From assembly GCA_965223015.1 (NCBI GenBank), contig CBDCVL010000002.1, forward strand, positions 387,899-451,898: a stretch of DNA of 64,000 nt, written 5' to 3'. Positions 17,467 to 25,944 of the stretch are shown here, one piece after another. The number at the start of each line of letters is the position of its first letter. The stretch's first letter is position 1. This stretch comes from Vicinamibacterales bacterium. Lineage in GTDB: Bacteria; Acidobacteriota; Vicinamibacteria; Vicinamibacterales; UBA8438. The notes under the pieces were generated by a model. The model had not been told where the DNA came from, did not search any database, and worked only from the letters and a program-made list of their open reading frames with translations. The translations under genes were made by a program, and so were the position numbers.

Positions 17467-19304
17467 TCGATTGTGAAGCTCAGGCGGCGCGAACCAGAGA
17501 CCGCATGATCGCTGGGGAGCTCCCACTCGCCGAGAGTCGTCTCGCGCAGTTGACCAAGGCCGCCACTGCTTCGATTACTCTCGAGGACCGCCAACACCGA
17601 GCCCGGCAGGCCCGGCAGTTGCTCTCCGCGGTCAACCGCGCCGGTCTCGGCTCGAAGAAGCTTCACGTACAGACGACTGTTTCGGCGCACGCGGTTGAGG
17701 TTGCGGACCATCTGGTCGACGGTGTCGGCTGCTGCGACGGATCGGCCCTCTTGCCTTTCCTGGAGCGTAAGTGTCGCCGCGTCCGACACCTGGATGGTCA
17801 GCGCGCCCCTGGCATGATCGGGGATGGTGACCTGAAGCGTTTCCAGGAGCTCTGTGCCGCGGTAGGTCCGCGACACGATCTTGACCGGAATGACATCGCC
17901 AGCACGCGGCCGAACGGCATCGATCCACACACGCTCCAGGGTCGCCGTCAGAGGTTCCTCGAGGGCCTCGACCCTGACGTTGATGGCCTCGATCTTCACC
18001 GGCTCAAACTGGTTCGCCATCAGCGCGGCGATGGGGGTCGTCAGCGCCGAGGCCGCCGTGAAGGACGCCGTGTTACCCGTATAGATATCGCCGAACTTCA
18101 CGTCGCCGTAGTCTCGCACGCGGGCACTCCCGTCGACGATGTAGCTGCGGGGACCGAGCTCACGTGTCCAGTTGGTGAAGGTGTTCAGCACGCTCGTGTA
18201 TGCCAGCAGGGGCGTGAAGACCGGGTCGTCGATGATCTCGAAGCTGAACGTCTTCTCGATATCGCGGTCACGTTGCTCGAAGGTGACCCGGACAGGAATA
18301 AGGTCGGGTCCCGGTCCTATCGTTCCATACACTCCGGTAGGGCGATCTTGGTCGATCGTGCCGAGAACTTCGCCAATGGTGGCGATCTTGGACGAAAGAG
18401 CGAGGCTCGGCAGCAGTGTGGTGACGTGGGCCCTTGTCATCGGAAACTGTGACGGACCGAGGTTGTAGAAGGGATGACCAAACGCATAGACCCGGTCGCC
18501 CTCCACCATTGTCACCGTGCCTGTCCCAGCCATCGTGAGATCGCCACTGATTAGACTGACGCCCAAGGGGTCGCCCGGCTGCAGAGGCTGTCCCGCCACC
18601 GCGAGCTGGGCTTCCGCTGCGAGTGGGCCCCCGATGGTCGTTACCACTCCACCGGTGTTGAGCGCGGTAGACCAGAGGGAATACAGCTCTGGGCTGAAGC
18701 CGCCGAGGATGAGCGGCGTCGCGATCGGCCTGAGGAGAGTTCCCAGGCGGCCGCCCTCCAGTAGCGAGAGGCCCAGCGTGTGAACGTCAGCCGGCTCCGC
18801 CGCGAACGCCGTTGCCCCGCCGAACGAACCTCGTACCGTCTCTGCGAGGAATTGCTCCGTGAGGGGAAACTGCCATGGAGGGACCCGCCGCGCAAGGCGG
18901 TTCGCCTCTCGGTCGGTCGCAACCATCTCCTCGATCGGTGTGATTCCGGCGATTGCGTCCTTCGAGAATGAGCCGAGGGAGTACGAGATCGCCCCGACAA
19001 GACGGTCACCAATATAGACGGGACTTCCGCTCATCCCCTGAATGACACCGGTGTGAGCCAAGGGGCCGCCATTCAGTCTCGCGACGATGACGTTTCGCTG
19101 CGGTCCCATGACGTTCGTCAGGACGCCCAGCACCTCGACATTGAATTCTTCACGCTCGGAGCCCTGAAAGACAGTGACGCCGACGCCCGTCATCCCGGCC
19201 CGCACCTCGTCCAGCGGCATTCGGGCTGTTTCCGCCGGGAGCTGGACGAAGCTGAGGGGGGTCAGAAAAGCGAAGACGAGAAGCGCGAAGGCTCTCTTGG
19301 TCAC
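17463..19304 (-). CDS. S55 (SpoIVB-like) serine peptidase family protein, secreted
   Basis: Track ORF 17463..19346 (TTG). The GTG 19304 start gives signal peptide TKRAFALLVFAFLTPLSF. GMSGSPVY serine motif. Confidence 0.7.
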   Translation of the reverse strand: MTKRAFALLVFAFLTPLSFVQLPAETARMPLDEVRAGMTGVGVTVFQGSEREEFNVEVLGVLTNVMGPQRNVIVARLNGGPLAHTGVIQGMSGSPVYIGDRLVGAISYSLGSFSKDAIAGITPIEEMVATDREANRLARRVPPWQFPLTEQFLAETVRGSFGGATAFAAEPADVHTLGLSLLEGGRLGTLLRPIATPLILGGFSPELYSLWSTALNTGGVVTTIGGPLAAEAQLAVAGQPLQPGDPLGVSLISGDLTMAGTGTVTMVEGDRVYAFGHPFYNLGPSQFPMTRAHVTTLLPSLALSSKIATIGEVLGTIDQDRPTGVYGTIGPGPDLIPVRVTFEQRDRDIEKTFSFEIIDDPVFTPLLAYTSVLNTFTNWTRELGPRSYIVDGSARVRDYGDVKFGDIYTGNTASFTAASALTTPIAALMANQFEPVKIEAINVRVEALEEPLTATLERVWIDAVRPRAGDVIPVKIVSRTYRGTELLETLQVTIPDHARGALTIQVSDAATLTLQERQEGRSVAAADTVDQMVRNLNRVRRNSRLYVKLLRAETGAVDRGEQLPGLPGSVLAVLESNRSSGGLGQLRETTLGEWELPSDHAVSGSRRLSFTIE

Positions 19305-19374
19305 GATGGTAGTATCGGTCCCTTCACCGCAAGATATCGGACCCAATGGTTGATGGTCAAGGAGAAGGCCGGGA

Positions 19375-19404
19375 TTGACATCGCCGCGAAACGTTTGGTA
19401 CCGT
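19375..19404 (+). promoter_or_regulatory. candidate sigma-70 promoter of the aromatic-operon leader (TTGACA-18-TACCGT)
   Basis: Consensus -35 read directly. The -10 keeps only the T1, A2 and T6 positions. Confidence 0.3.
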
Positions 19405-19443
19405 ATTGGTCTTACTTATGTGTCTTCAGATCTCCAGCTGATC

Positions 19444-19545
19444 GTGCGCTCGGCGTATTGGCCTACCGTGCCGTACCGGTGGTACCGCCACTGGTTTAGC
19501 AGCAGCGCTGGAGAGGCTGTCATGTGGGCCATGGGGAACGCCTGA
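19444..19545 (+). CDS. candidate attenuation leader peptide, 33 aa, 4 Trp + 3 Tyr + 1 Phe
   Basis: Own translation (M)RSAYWPTVPYRWYRHWFSSSAGEAVMWAMGNA. Too short for the ORF track. Followed by terminator/antiterminator elements. Start codon uncertain and no SD. Confidence 0.5.
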   Translation: MRSAYWPTVPYRWYRHWFSSSAGEAVMWAMGNA

Positions 19546-19599
19546 AGACGTGCGGTAGCCCCACAGAGACATCGACAGAGAACAGTAAGCCTCTTCAGC
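19507..19599 (+). promoter_or_regulatory. candidate antiterminator pairing (19507-19518 with 19588-19599)
   Basis: GCTGGAGAGGCT is complementary to AGCCTCTTCAGC (11 WC + 1 G.U). This pairing is mutually exclusive with the terminator stem. Confidence 0.45.
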
Positions 19600-19630
19600 C
19601 TCGACCGGCTGAGGGGGCTTTTTCTATTTT
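19588..19630 (+). terminator. rho-independent terminator/attenuator 13 nt upstream of aroDE
   Basis: AGCCUCUUCAGCC-UCGACC-GGCUGAGGGGGCU (13 bp including 2 G.U) followed by UUUUUCUAUUUU. Confidence 0.75.
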
Positions 19631-19643
19631 GAGCAGAACCACC

Positions 19644-21134
19644 ATGGACGCAAAGCTGTGCGCGACGGTCACGGGTGCCACGACAGAGGAACTTCGTGCG
19701 AATCGGGATCAGGCGGCGGGCGCCGACGGCGCCGACATGGTGGAGCTCAGAGTCGACTATGCGGATGAGATCGATCTGGACGGAGTCCTTGCCGACCGGC
19801 GCTGCCCGGTCGTGGTGACATGCCGCCCGGTGTGGGAAGGTGGTCGGTTCCACGGGTCAGAGGACGAACGCCACCGTCTTCTCAGACGGGCGCTCGATCT
19901 TGGGGCGGAGTACGTCGACGTTGAGTGGCGGGCCGGTTTCCACGATCTCGTCGCCGGTGACGACCGGAAGCGAGTCGTGCTGTCGGCGCACGACTTCGAC
20001 GGGGTTCCCGGTGACCTCGAGGAGCAAGTACGCGCCATGCGGTCGACAGGCGCCGATGTGATCAAGGTCGCGGTGCGGGTGAGTGCACTGTCTGAACTCA
20101 TACCGTTGCGCGACATGGGCAGGCGAGCCAGGCAACGCGGAGAGATGCAGATCATGATCGGGATGGGCGCCGCCGGTATCCCGTCGAGAGTGCTCCCGGA
20201 CCACTTCGGCTCAAGTTGGACCTATGCCGGACAGGGAGTCGCGCCAGGACAAGTCGAGCTATCTCGGATGCTCGGCGAGTTTCGAGTTCGCTCGGTCGAC
20301 GCCGCGTCGGAGTTGTTCGGCGTCCTTGGCTCTCCGCTGGCCCATTCACTGTCTCCGGCCATGCACAATGCCGGGTTCGCAGAGACCGGCCGTGATGCCG
20401 TCTACGTTCCGCTCGAGGCGGCGGATGTAGACGATTTTGCAAGGTTTGCCGACGCGTTCGGCGTGCAAGGGGTCAGCGTGACCGCGCCGTTCAAGGAGCA
20501 GGTGGTCAACAGAGTGACGGAAGTCGACCCCCTCAGCGCTCGCGTTGGCGCGGTCAATACATTGCGGCTCGACCCGTCCGGATGGCGGGGCGTGAACACT
20601 GACGTGCCAGGATTCCTCGCCCCTCTCGACGGGAGGGTTCCGCTCACGGGATGCCGGGCCACCATCTTGGGCGCCGGTGGCGCGGCCCGCGGCGTTGCAG
20701 TCGCCTTGCGGGATGCGGGTGCGAGCGTCACGATCGCGGCACGGCATTCTGCGCGCGCGCGCTCGGTGGCGGCGTTGGTTGATGGGGAGACCGTCGAGAT
20801 GCCCCCGCAGCCCGGGACGTGGGAGCTGCTCGTGAACACGACACCGATTGGCACCTATCCGGACGTGGAAACGAGCCCCATGGCCGGGGCCGACTTCGGC
20901 GGCACGCTGGTATACGACCTGGTCTACAACCCACGCATGACGCGTCTCCTCGCCGATGCCGCGGCAGCCGGGTGCGACACAATCGGCGGGTTGGAGATGC
21001 TTGTCGCTCAGGCCGAGCGTCAGTTCGTCTGGTGGACAGGTGTGGCGCCAGGCAGTCAGACGTTTCGGCAGGCCGCCGAGCGGCGCCTGAAGGAGATGGA
21101 AGAGATGGGTGCATCGTCGGCCCTGCCACAGTGA
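19644..21134 (+). CDS. aroDE: bifunctional 3-dehydroquinate dehydratase (type I) / shikimate dehydrogenase
   Basis: Track ORF 19524..21134, start moved to ATG 19644. The N-terminal half is AroD-like (MVELRVDY, DVIKVAV). The C-terminal half is AroE-like (SLSPAMHNAGF, ILGAGGAARG). Confidence 0.85.
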   Translation: MDAKLCATVTGATTEELRANRDQAAGADGADMVELRVDYADEIDLDGVLADRRCPVVVTCRPVWEGGRFHGSEDERHRLLRRALDLGAEYVDVEWRAGFHDLVAGDDRKRVVLSAHDFDGVPGDLEEQVRAMRSTGADVIKVAVRVSALSELIPLRDMGRRARQRGEMQIMIGMGAAGIPSRVLPDHFGSSWTYAGQGVAPGQVELSRMLGEFRVRSVDAASELFGVLGSPLAHSLSPAMHNAGFAETGRDAVYVPLEAADVDDFARFADAFGVQGVSVTAPFKEQVVNRVTEVDPLSARVGAVNTLRLDPSGWRGVNTDVPGFLAPLDGRVPLTGCRATILGAGGAARGVAVALRDAGASVTIAARHSARARSVAALVDGETVEMPPQPGTWELLVNTTPIGTYPDVETSPMAGADFGGTLVYDLVYNPRMTRLLADAAAAGCDTIGGLEMLVAQAERQFVWWTGVAPGSQTFRQAAERRLKEMEEMGASSALPQ

Positions 21135-21153
21135 CGTCGTGATGTGAGGACGT

Positions 21154-22662
21154 ATGGATAGCGAGACCACCTTCGAAGAGTTTGCCGCCCTCGCCACGCA
21201 GGGCACCTTCGTGCCGGTGTGCAAAGAGGTCATGGCAGACATGCTCACTCCGGTGTCGGCCTTCCTCAAGGTTGCGGAGCAGGCGGAGCACGCCTTCTTG
21301 TTCGAGAGTGTGGAGGGGGGTGAGCGACTGGCCCGGTATTCGTTTCTCGGAAAGGACCCGTTCATGGTTCTCCGGGCCCGGAACGGGCAATGCATCGTCG
21401 ATCAGGCAGGCCAGCGGCAGGAGCGAGATGACCCGTTTTTCGATGTCTTGCGTGAGGTGATGGGACGGTTCACGTCTCCAGCGGTGGACGGACTGCCGCG
21501 TTTCACCGGTGGCGCGGTTGGGTTTCTCGGATACGAGTCAGCGCTCTGGTTCGAGCCGTCGCTCCAAGGATGCTGGAAGCGTTTCGACAAGACGACGCCT
21601 GACGACACAGACGACGCCGGCTTCATGCTGTTCGATACGGTCCTCGCGTTCGATCATCTGAAACATCGGATCTTGGTTATCGCGAATGCGGAGGTCGGCG
21701 AAGGCGTCGACCTTCGTGCGCAGTACGAGCTGGCGCAGGCCAAGATCAGATTCCTCGAGCGAGAGCTCGGCCGTGGTCTGTCGGACAGTTCCCAGGAGGA
21801 AGGCGGGAGTCTCGAATGGCGGTCGAACACCGCGCGCGCGACCTATGAGGAGTCGGTCGCAAAGGCACAGCGATACATCAAGGCTGGGGACATCTATCAG
21901 GTGGTCTTGTCTCAGCGATTCGAGACGGATGTCTCCGTGGACCCGTTCACGGTGTATCGGGCGCTTCGGTATGTGAACCCGTCGCCCTATATGTATTTCA
22001 TGCGACTAGGCGGGGTGTCGATCGTGGGGTCGTCCCCGGAGATGCTGGTGCGGGTCGAGGGGGACCGGGCCGAGACCCACCCGATCGCCGGAACTCGTCC
22101 CCGCGGGGAGAACGAGGTTCGGGACGAACAGCTGGCTGAGGAGCTCCGGGAGAACGAGAAAGAACGGGCCGAGCATGTCATGCTGGTCGACCTCGGGCGG
22201 AACGACCTCGGAAGGGTCTGCCAATACGGAACGGTGCGGGTGCCGCAGTATATGGGGCTCGAACGGTACTCGCATGTCATGCATCTCGTGTCGCGGGTCG
22301 TGGGGCGACTCGACGCTGAGCATGACCGCCTAGACGCGCTGGCAGCTTGCTTCCCCGCGGGGACCGTCTCGGGTGCGCCGAAGATCCGGGCGATGGAGAT
22401 CATCGCGGAGCTCGAGCCGACGACCCGCGGCATCTATTCCGGTGCGGTTGGGTATCTCGACTTCGCCGGGCATCTTGACTGCTGCATCACCATTCGCACG
22501 ATCGTGATGCGCGACGGCAAGGCGTACGTCCAGGCCGGGGCCGGGATCGTGGCCGACTCCGATCCCGCCGCCGAGTACCAGGAGACGCGCGACAAGGCCT
22601 CGGCGCTGATCCGGGCGCTTGAGATGGCGCAGAGCGGGCGAGGTCCTCGTGGTGTTGTCTAG
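21154..22662 (+). CDS. trpE: anthranilate synthase component I
   Basis: 502-aa ORF. GGAVGFLGYE, GTVSGAPKIRAMEII, GIYSGAVGYLDF. Confidence 0.95.
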   Translation: MDSETTFEEFAALATQGTFVPVCKEVMADMLTPVSAFLKVAEQAEHAFLFESVEGGERLARYSFLGKDPFMVLRARNGQCIVDQAGQRQERDDPFFDVLREVMGRFTSPAVDGLPRFTGGAVGFLGYESALWFEPSLQGCWKRFDKTTPDDTDDAGFMLFDTVLAFDHLKHRILVIANAEVGEGVDLRAQYELAQAKIRFLERELGRGLSDSSQEEGGSLEWRSNTARATYEESVAKAQRYIKAGDIYQVVLSQRFETDVSVDPFTVYRALRYVNPSPYMYFMRLGGVSIVGSSPEMLVRVEGDRAETHPIAGTRPRGENEVRDEQLAEELRENEKERAEHVMLVDLGRNDLGRVCQYGTVRVPQYMGLERYSHVMHLVSRVVGRLDAEHDRLDALAACFPAGTVSGAPKIRAMEIIAELEPTTRGIYSGAVGYLDFAGHLDCCITIRTIVMRDGKAYVQAGAGIVADSDPAAEYQETRDKASALIRALEMAQSGRGPRGVV

Positions 22663-22822
22663 TGTCCCGAGCATGAAACACCTAGCCATTCGGCCGGCGG
22701 TGCATCCGGTCTGGCGGCGTTGCGAATCGCTCGAATATTCCCGATATTCTCGCTCTTCACGCCTGGCCAGCCCGGCGCATCATCGCCCTCGGTGGCAAGG
22801 TGTTTCATACTCGGGACACTAG
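22659..22822 (+). repeat. 164-bp foldback (MITE-like) repeat, family R1, copy 1
   Basis: CTAG...CTAG termini, 25-nt terminal inverted arms (24/25 complementary), and a conserved core GGCGTTGCGAATCGCTCGAATATTCCCGATATTCTCGCTCTTC. The first CTAG contains the trpE TAG stop. Confidence 0.85.
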
Positions 22823-22844
22823 CAGGGGAGATCGACGGCAGACA

Positions 22845-23411
22845 ATGGTACTCGTCATCGACAACTACGATTCGTTCACGTACAACCTCGTCCAGTATCT
22901 GGGTGAGCTTGGGGCCGACGTGCTCGTGAAGCGAAACGATGAGCTTTCGCTCGAGACCGTGGAGGAGATTCAGCCTGACCGGATCGTGATCTCGCCGGGT
23001 CCGGGGCGACCGGAAGCGGCGGGTGTCAGCGTGGGGGTGGTTCGGCGATATGGGTCCTCCATTCCGATACTTGGCGTCTGCCTCGGGCATCAGGCGATCG
23101 GATATGCGTTCGGCGCCACGATCGTGTCGGCGCCGGTCCTGGTGCACGGGAAGTCGTCGGAGATTCAGCACGACGAAAGAGGAGTCTTCAGGGGGATTTC
23201 GAGCCCGTTTAGGGCCGGCCGGTATCACTCGTTGGTCGTCTCGGCAGAGGGGTGGCCGGAGGACCTTGAAGTCTCTGCTCGCACGATCGACGGCAGCACG
23301 ATCATGGGGATTCGCCACCGAGAGTGGCCGGTGCAGGGTGTGCAGTTTCACCCCGAGAGTGTGTTGACCGACGTTGGGAAGACTCTGCTCGGGAACTTTC
23401 TGGAGAGCTGA
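22845..23411 (+). CDS. trpG: anthranilate synthase component II (glutamine amidotransferase)
   Basis: Start at ATG 22845 (MVLVIDNYDSFTYNL). The track start 22800 lies inside the repeat. GVCLGHQAI catalytic Cys, FHPES. Confidence 0.9.
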   Translation: MVLVIDNYDSFTYNLVQYLGELGADVLVKRNDELSLETVEEIQPDRIVISPGPGRPEAAGVSVGVVRRYGSSIPILGVCLGHQAIGYAFGATIVSAPVLVHGKSSEIQHDERGVFRGISSPFRAGRYHSLVVSAEGWPEDLEVSARTIDGSTIMGIRHREWPVQGVQFHPESVLTDVGKTLLGNFLES

Positions 23412-24428
23412 GTGTTTGCTGAACTGATCGAGAAACTGCGTCGACGCCGAGACCTGACGGAGGCCGAGGCGTCCGAAGCGATGGTCGAGATCATGGAAGG
23501 AAGAGCGACCTCGGCGCAGATCGCCGGCATGCTGATTGGCCTGTCGATGAAGGGTGAGAAGCCCGAGGAGATCGTGGGACTTGCGCGAACGATGCGGGCG
23601 CACGCCGCGCCGATGTCACGAAGCTTTGATGATGTGTTCGACACCTGTGGGACCGGCGGCGATCGCCTCCACACGTTCAACGTCTCGTCGCTTGCGGCTC
23701 TGACGATTTCCGCGTGCGGTGTGCGAGTGGCAAAGCACGGGAACCGGTCCGTCTCGAGCAGCTGTGGTAGCGCCGACCTTTTTGAGGCGTTGGGCGTCGA
23801 CCTGTCGGCATCCGTCGGGACGGTTGAACGCTGCTTGGCAGATGTCGGCATCGCCTTCTTCTTTGCGCCAACGTTTCATCCGTCGATGCGCCACGCTGCG
23901 CAGACTCGCCGTGACCTGGGCGTCCGGACAGCGTTCAATCTACTTGGGCCGTTGACGAACCCCGCCGGTGCGCGCCGGCAGATAGTGGGCGTGCCCGGCC
24001 CACAGCATACCGACCTGCTGGCTCGGGCGCTCGGACGTCTCGGGTCCGAGTGCGTGTGGGTTGTGCACGGAGCTGACGGGCTCGACGAGATTTCGATGAG
24101 CGGGTATACGAAGGTCACCGAATGGCGGCGCGGAATGGTACGGACGTTCTACACCCACCCCTCCGACTTCGGTGTCGAGCCAACGTCGCTTGATGTGCTC
24201 CGGGTCTCGGGCCGTGACGAGAGTCTTGCGGTCGCTCGGAGTGTCCTCGCCGGTGAGAGTGGGCCGGCGCGTGAGTTCGTCTTGGTCAACGCCGCGGCCG
24301 GGCTGGTAGTCGAGGGGCGTGCGGCGTCCCTTGTCGAGGGGATGACGCTGGCGTCGGCAGCGCTAGACGAGGGTCGGGTCGCCCAGAAACTCGAAGCACT
24401 GGCTGCCTGTTCTCGGGGGGCGGCATGA
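23412..24428 (+). CDS. trpD: anthranilate phosphoribosyltransferase
   Basis: 338-aa ORF. DTCGTGGD, NLLGPLTNPA. GTG start immediately after the trpG stop. Confidence 0.9.
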   Translation: MFAELIEKLRRRRDLTEAEASEAMVEIMEGRATSAQIAGMLIGLSMKGEKPEEIVGLARTMRAHAAPMSRSFDDVFDTCGTGGDRLHTFNVSSLAALTISACGVRVAKHGNRSVSSSCGSADLFEALGVDLSASVGTVERCLADVGIAFFFAPTFHPSMRHAAQTRRDLGVRTAFNLLGPLTNPAGARRQIVGVPGPQHTDLLARALGRLGSECVWVVHGADGLDEISMSGYTKVTEWRRGMVRTFYTHPSDFGVEPTSLDVLRVSGRDESLAVARSVLAGESGPAREFVLVNAAAGLVVEGRAASLVEGMTLASAALDEGRVAQKLEALAACSRGAA

Positions 24429-25282
24429 TGAGCCGGTCGGCCGCGACAGGGCCGAGCGTGGACGCCGACCGACCCGACCTGCTGGCTGCGATTCTGGCGG
24501 CGACCCAGGAGTCGGTGTCCGTGGCGAAGCGCCGGCGACCTCTGGCAGCGCTCGAGCGGGCGGCGGCCGCTCGGACCCCGCGCGGTGTAGCGTTCCGAGA
24601 CGCGCTGGTCTCGACGACGTGTCTGCCGGTGATCGCAGAGTGCAAGCGGCGCTCACCATCGAGAGGAGTCCTTCGCGCAGACTACCGTCCCGCCGACATC
24701 GCCATGGCGTACGAGCGCGCAGGCGCGGCGGCGGTGTCCGTGCTGACCGAACCGGCCTTCTTTGACGGGGCGCTGTCGGACCTCGAGGCCGTTCGGGACG
24801 CCGTCAGCATTCCGATTCTGAGAAAGGACTTCATCGTCGCGGAGTATCAGCTTGTTGAGGCGCGGGCGGCGGGTGCCGATGCGGTGCTCCTGATCGTCGC
24901 GGCTCTGGACGATGCGGCCCTGGCACACCTCCTACGAGTTGCGACATCGAGTGGGTTGGCTGCACTTGTCGAAGTGCACGACGACGCGGAGTTGGCCCGG
25001 GCGCTCGAAGCCGGCGCGGACCTGGTCGGCGTCAACAACCGCAATCTGCGGACGCTTGACGTCGATCTCGCCGCATCGTTCTCGGTGATCGGTGGGGTGC
25101 CCAAAGGCGGCGTGGCAGTGGCGGAGAGCGGAATCAGGACCGGGGGCGATCTCGAGGCATTGCGTCGCGCAGGATATGACGCATTCCTCGTTGGTGAATC
25201 TTTGATGAGTGAAGCGGACCCGGGCACTGCCCTGGAGGAACTTCTTCGGACCGGAGGGTCGGTCCCGCGGGGCCGTCGATGA
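24425..25282 (+). CDS. trpC: indole-3-glycerol-phosphate synthase
   Basis: 285-aa ORF. VIAECKRRSPSRG, VGVNNRNLRTL. ATGA overlap with trpD. Confidence 0.9.
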   Translation: MMSRSAATGPSVDADRPDLLAAILAATQESVSVAKRRRPLAALERAAAARTPRGVAFRDALVSTTCLPVIAECKRRSPSRGVLRADYRPADIAMAYERAGAAAVSVLTEPAFFDGALSDLEAVRDAVSIPILRKDFIVAEYQLVEARAAGADAVLLIVAALDDAALAHLLRVATSSGLAALVEVHDDAELARALEAGADLVGVNNRNLRTLDVDLAASFSVIGGVPKGGVAVAESGIRTGGDLEALRRAGYDAFLVGESLMSEADPGTALEELLRTGGSVPRGRR

Positions 25283-25944
25283 GCGTGAAGGTCAAGGTGT
25301 GTGGCATCACGCGGGCGGCTGACGCGCTCCTTGCAAGCGACCTCGGCGCGTCGGCGGTCGGATTTGTGTTCTGGGAGAAGAGCCCGAGGTCCATCGACCC
25401 GGAGAGCGCGCGAGCGATCGTGTCTGTGCTTCCGCCCGATGTTGCCGCTGTTGGCGTGTTTGTCGATCCGCCCACACAGTATCTTGCCGACGTCGTCTCG
25501 CACGTTGGCCTTGCCGCGGTCCAGCTGCATGGCGACGAGACGCCGGAGTTCTGCCGCGACCTGCCGTATCGTGTGATGAAGTCGGTGTCCGTGAGAGATG
25601 CCGCCGAGGACGAGCGGCTGACGCGTTGGCCCGAGTCGATCATGGTATTGCTTGACGCAGCAGACCCGGTTCGAAAGGGTGGTACTGGTCAGACGATCGA
25701 CTGGGGGATCGCCGCACGTGTGTCGGCGCGACGCCGAGTGTTTCTCGCGGGAGGACTGACGGCGAGCAACGTCGGCGAAGCGGTGAAGGGGGTGCGCCCC
25801 TACGCGGTCGACGTCTCGTCGGGACTGGAGGCCAGTCCTGGGGTCAAGGCGCCGGACCTGATGCAGGCCTTCTTCGAGGCGGTCTCGGCGACAGGCGGGG
25901 CGGCAGAAGAGAGAAGACGATGGGCAATGGAGAACCACCCGTGA
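25279..25944 (+). CDS. trpF: phosphoribosylanthranilate isomerase
   Basis: 221-aa ORF. VKVCGIT, VQLHGDE. ATGA overlap with trpC. Confidence 0.9.
   Translation: MSVKVKVCGITRAADALLASDLGASAVGFVFWEKSPRSIDPESARAIVSVLPPDVAAVGVFVDPPTQYLADVVSHVGLAAVQLHGDETPEFCRDLPYRVMKSVSVRDAAEDERLTRWPESIMVLLDAADPVRKGGTGQTIDWGIAARVSARRRVFLAGGLTASNVGEAVKGVRPYAVDVSSGLEASPGVKAPDLMQAFFEAVSATGGAAEERRRWAMENHP

Noticed and set aside
19411-19643. Considered T-box, TRAP (GAG/UAG triplet array) or a known riboswitch as the basis for the terminator upstream of aroDE.
   Set aside because: There is no specifier or T-box sequence and no regular 11-fold (G/U)AG array. I recognise no riboswitch core. The aromatic-codon leader ORF explains the layout better.
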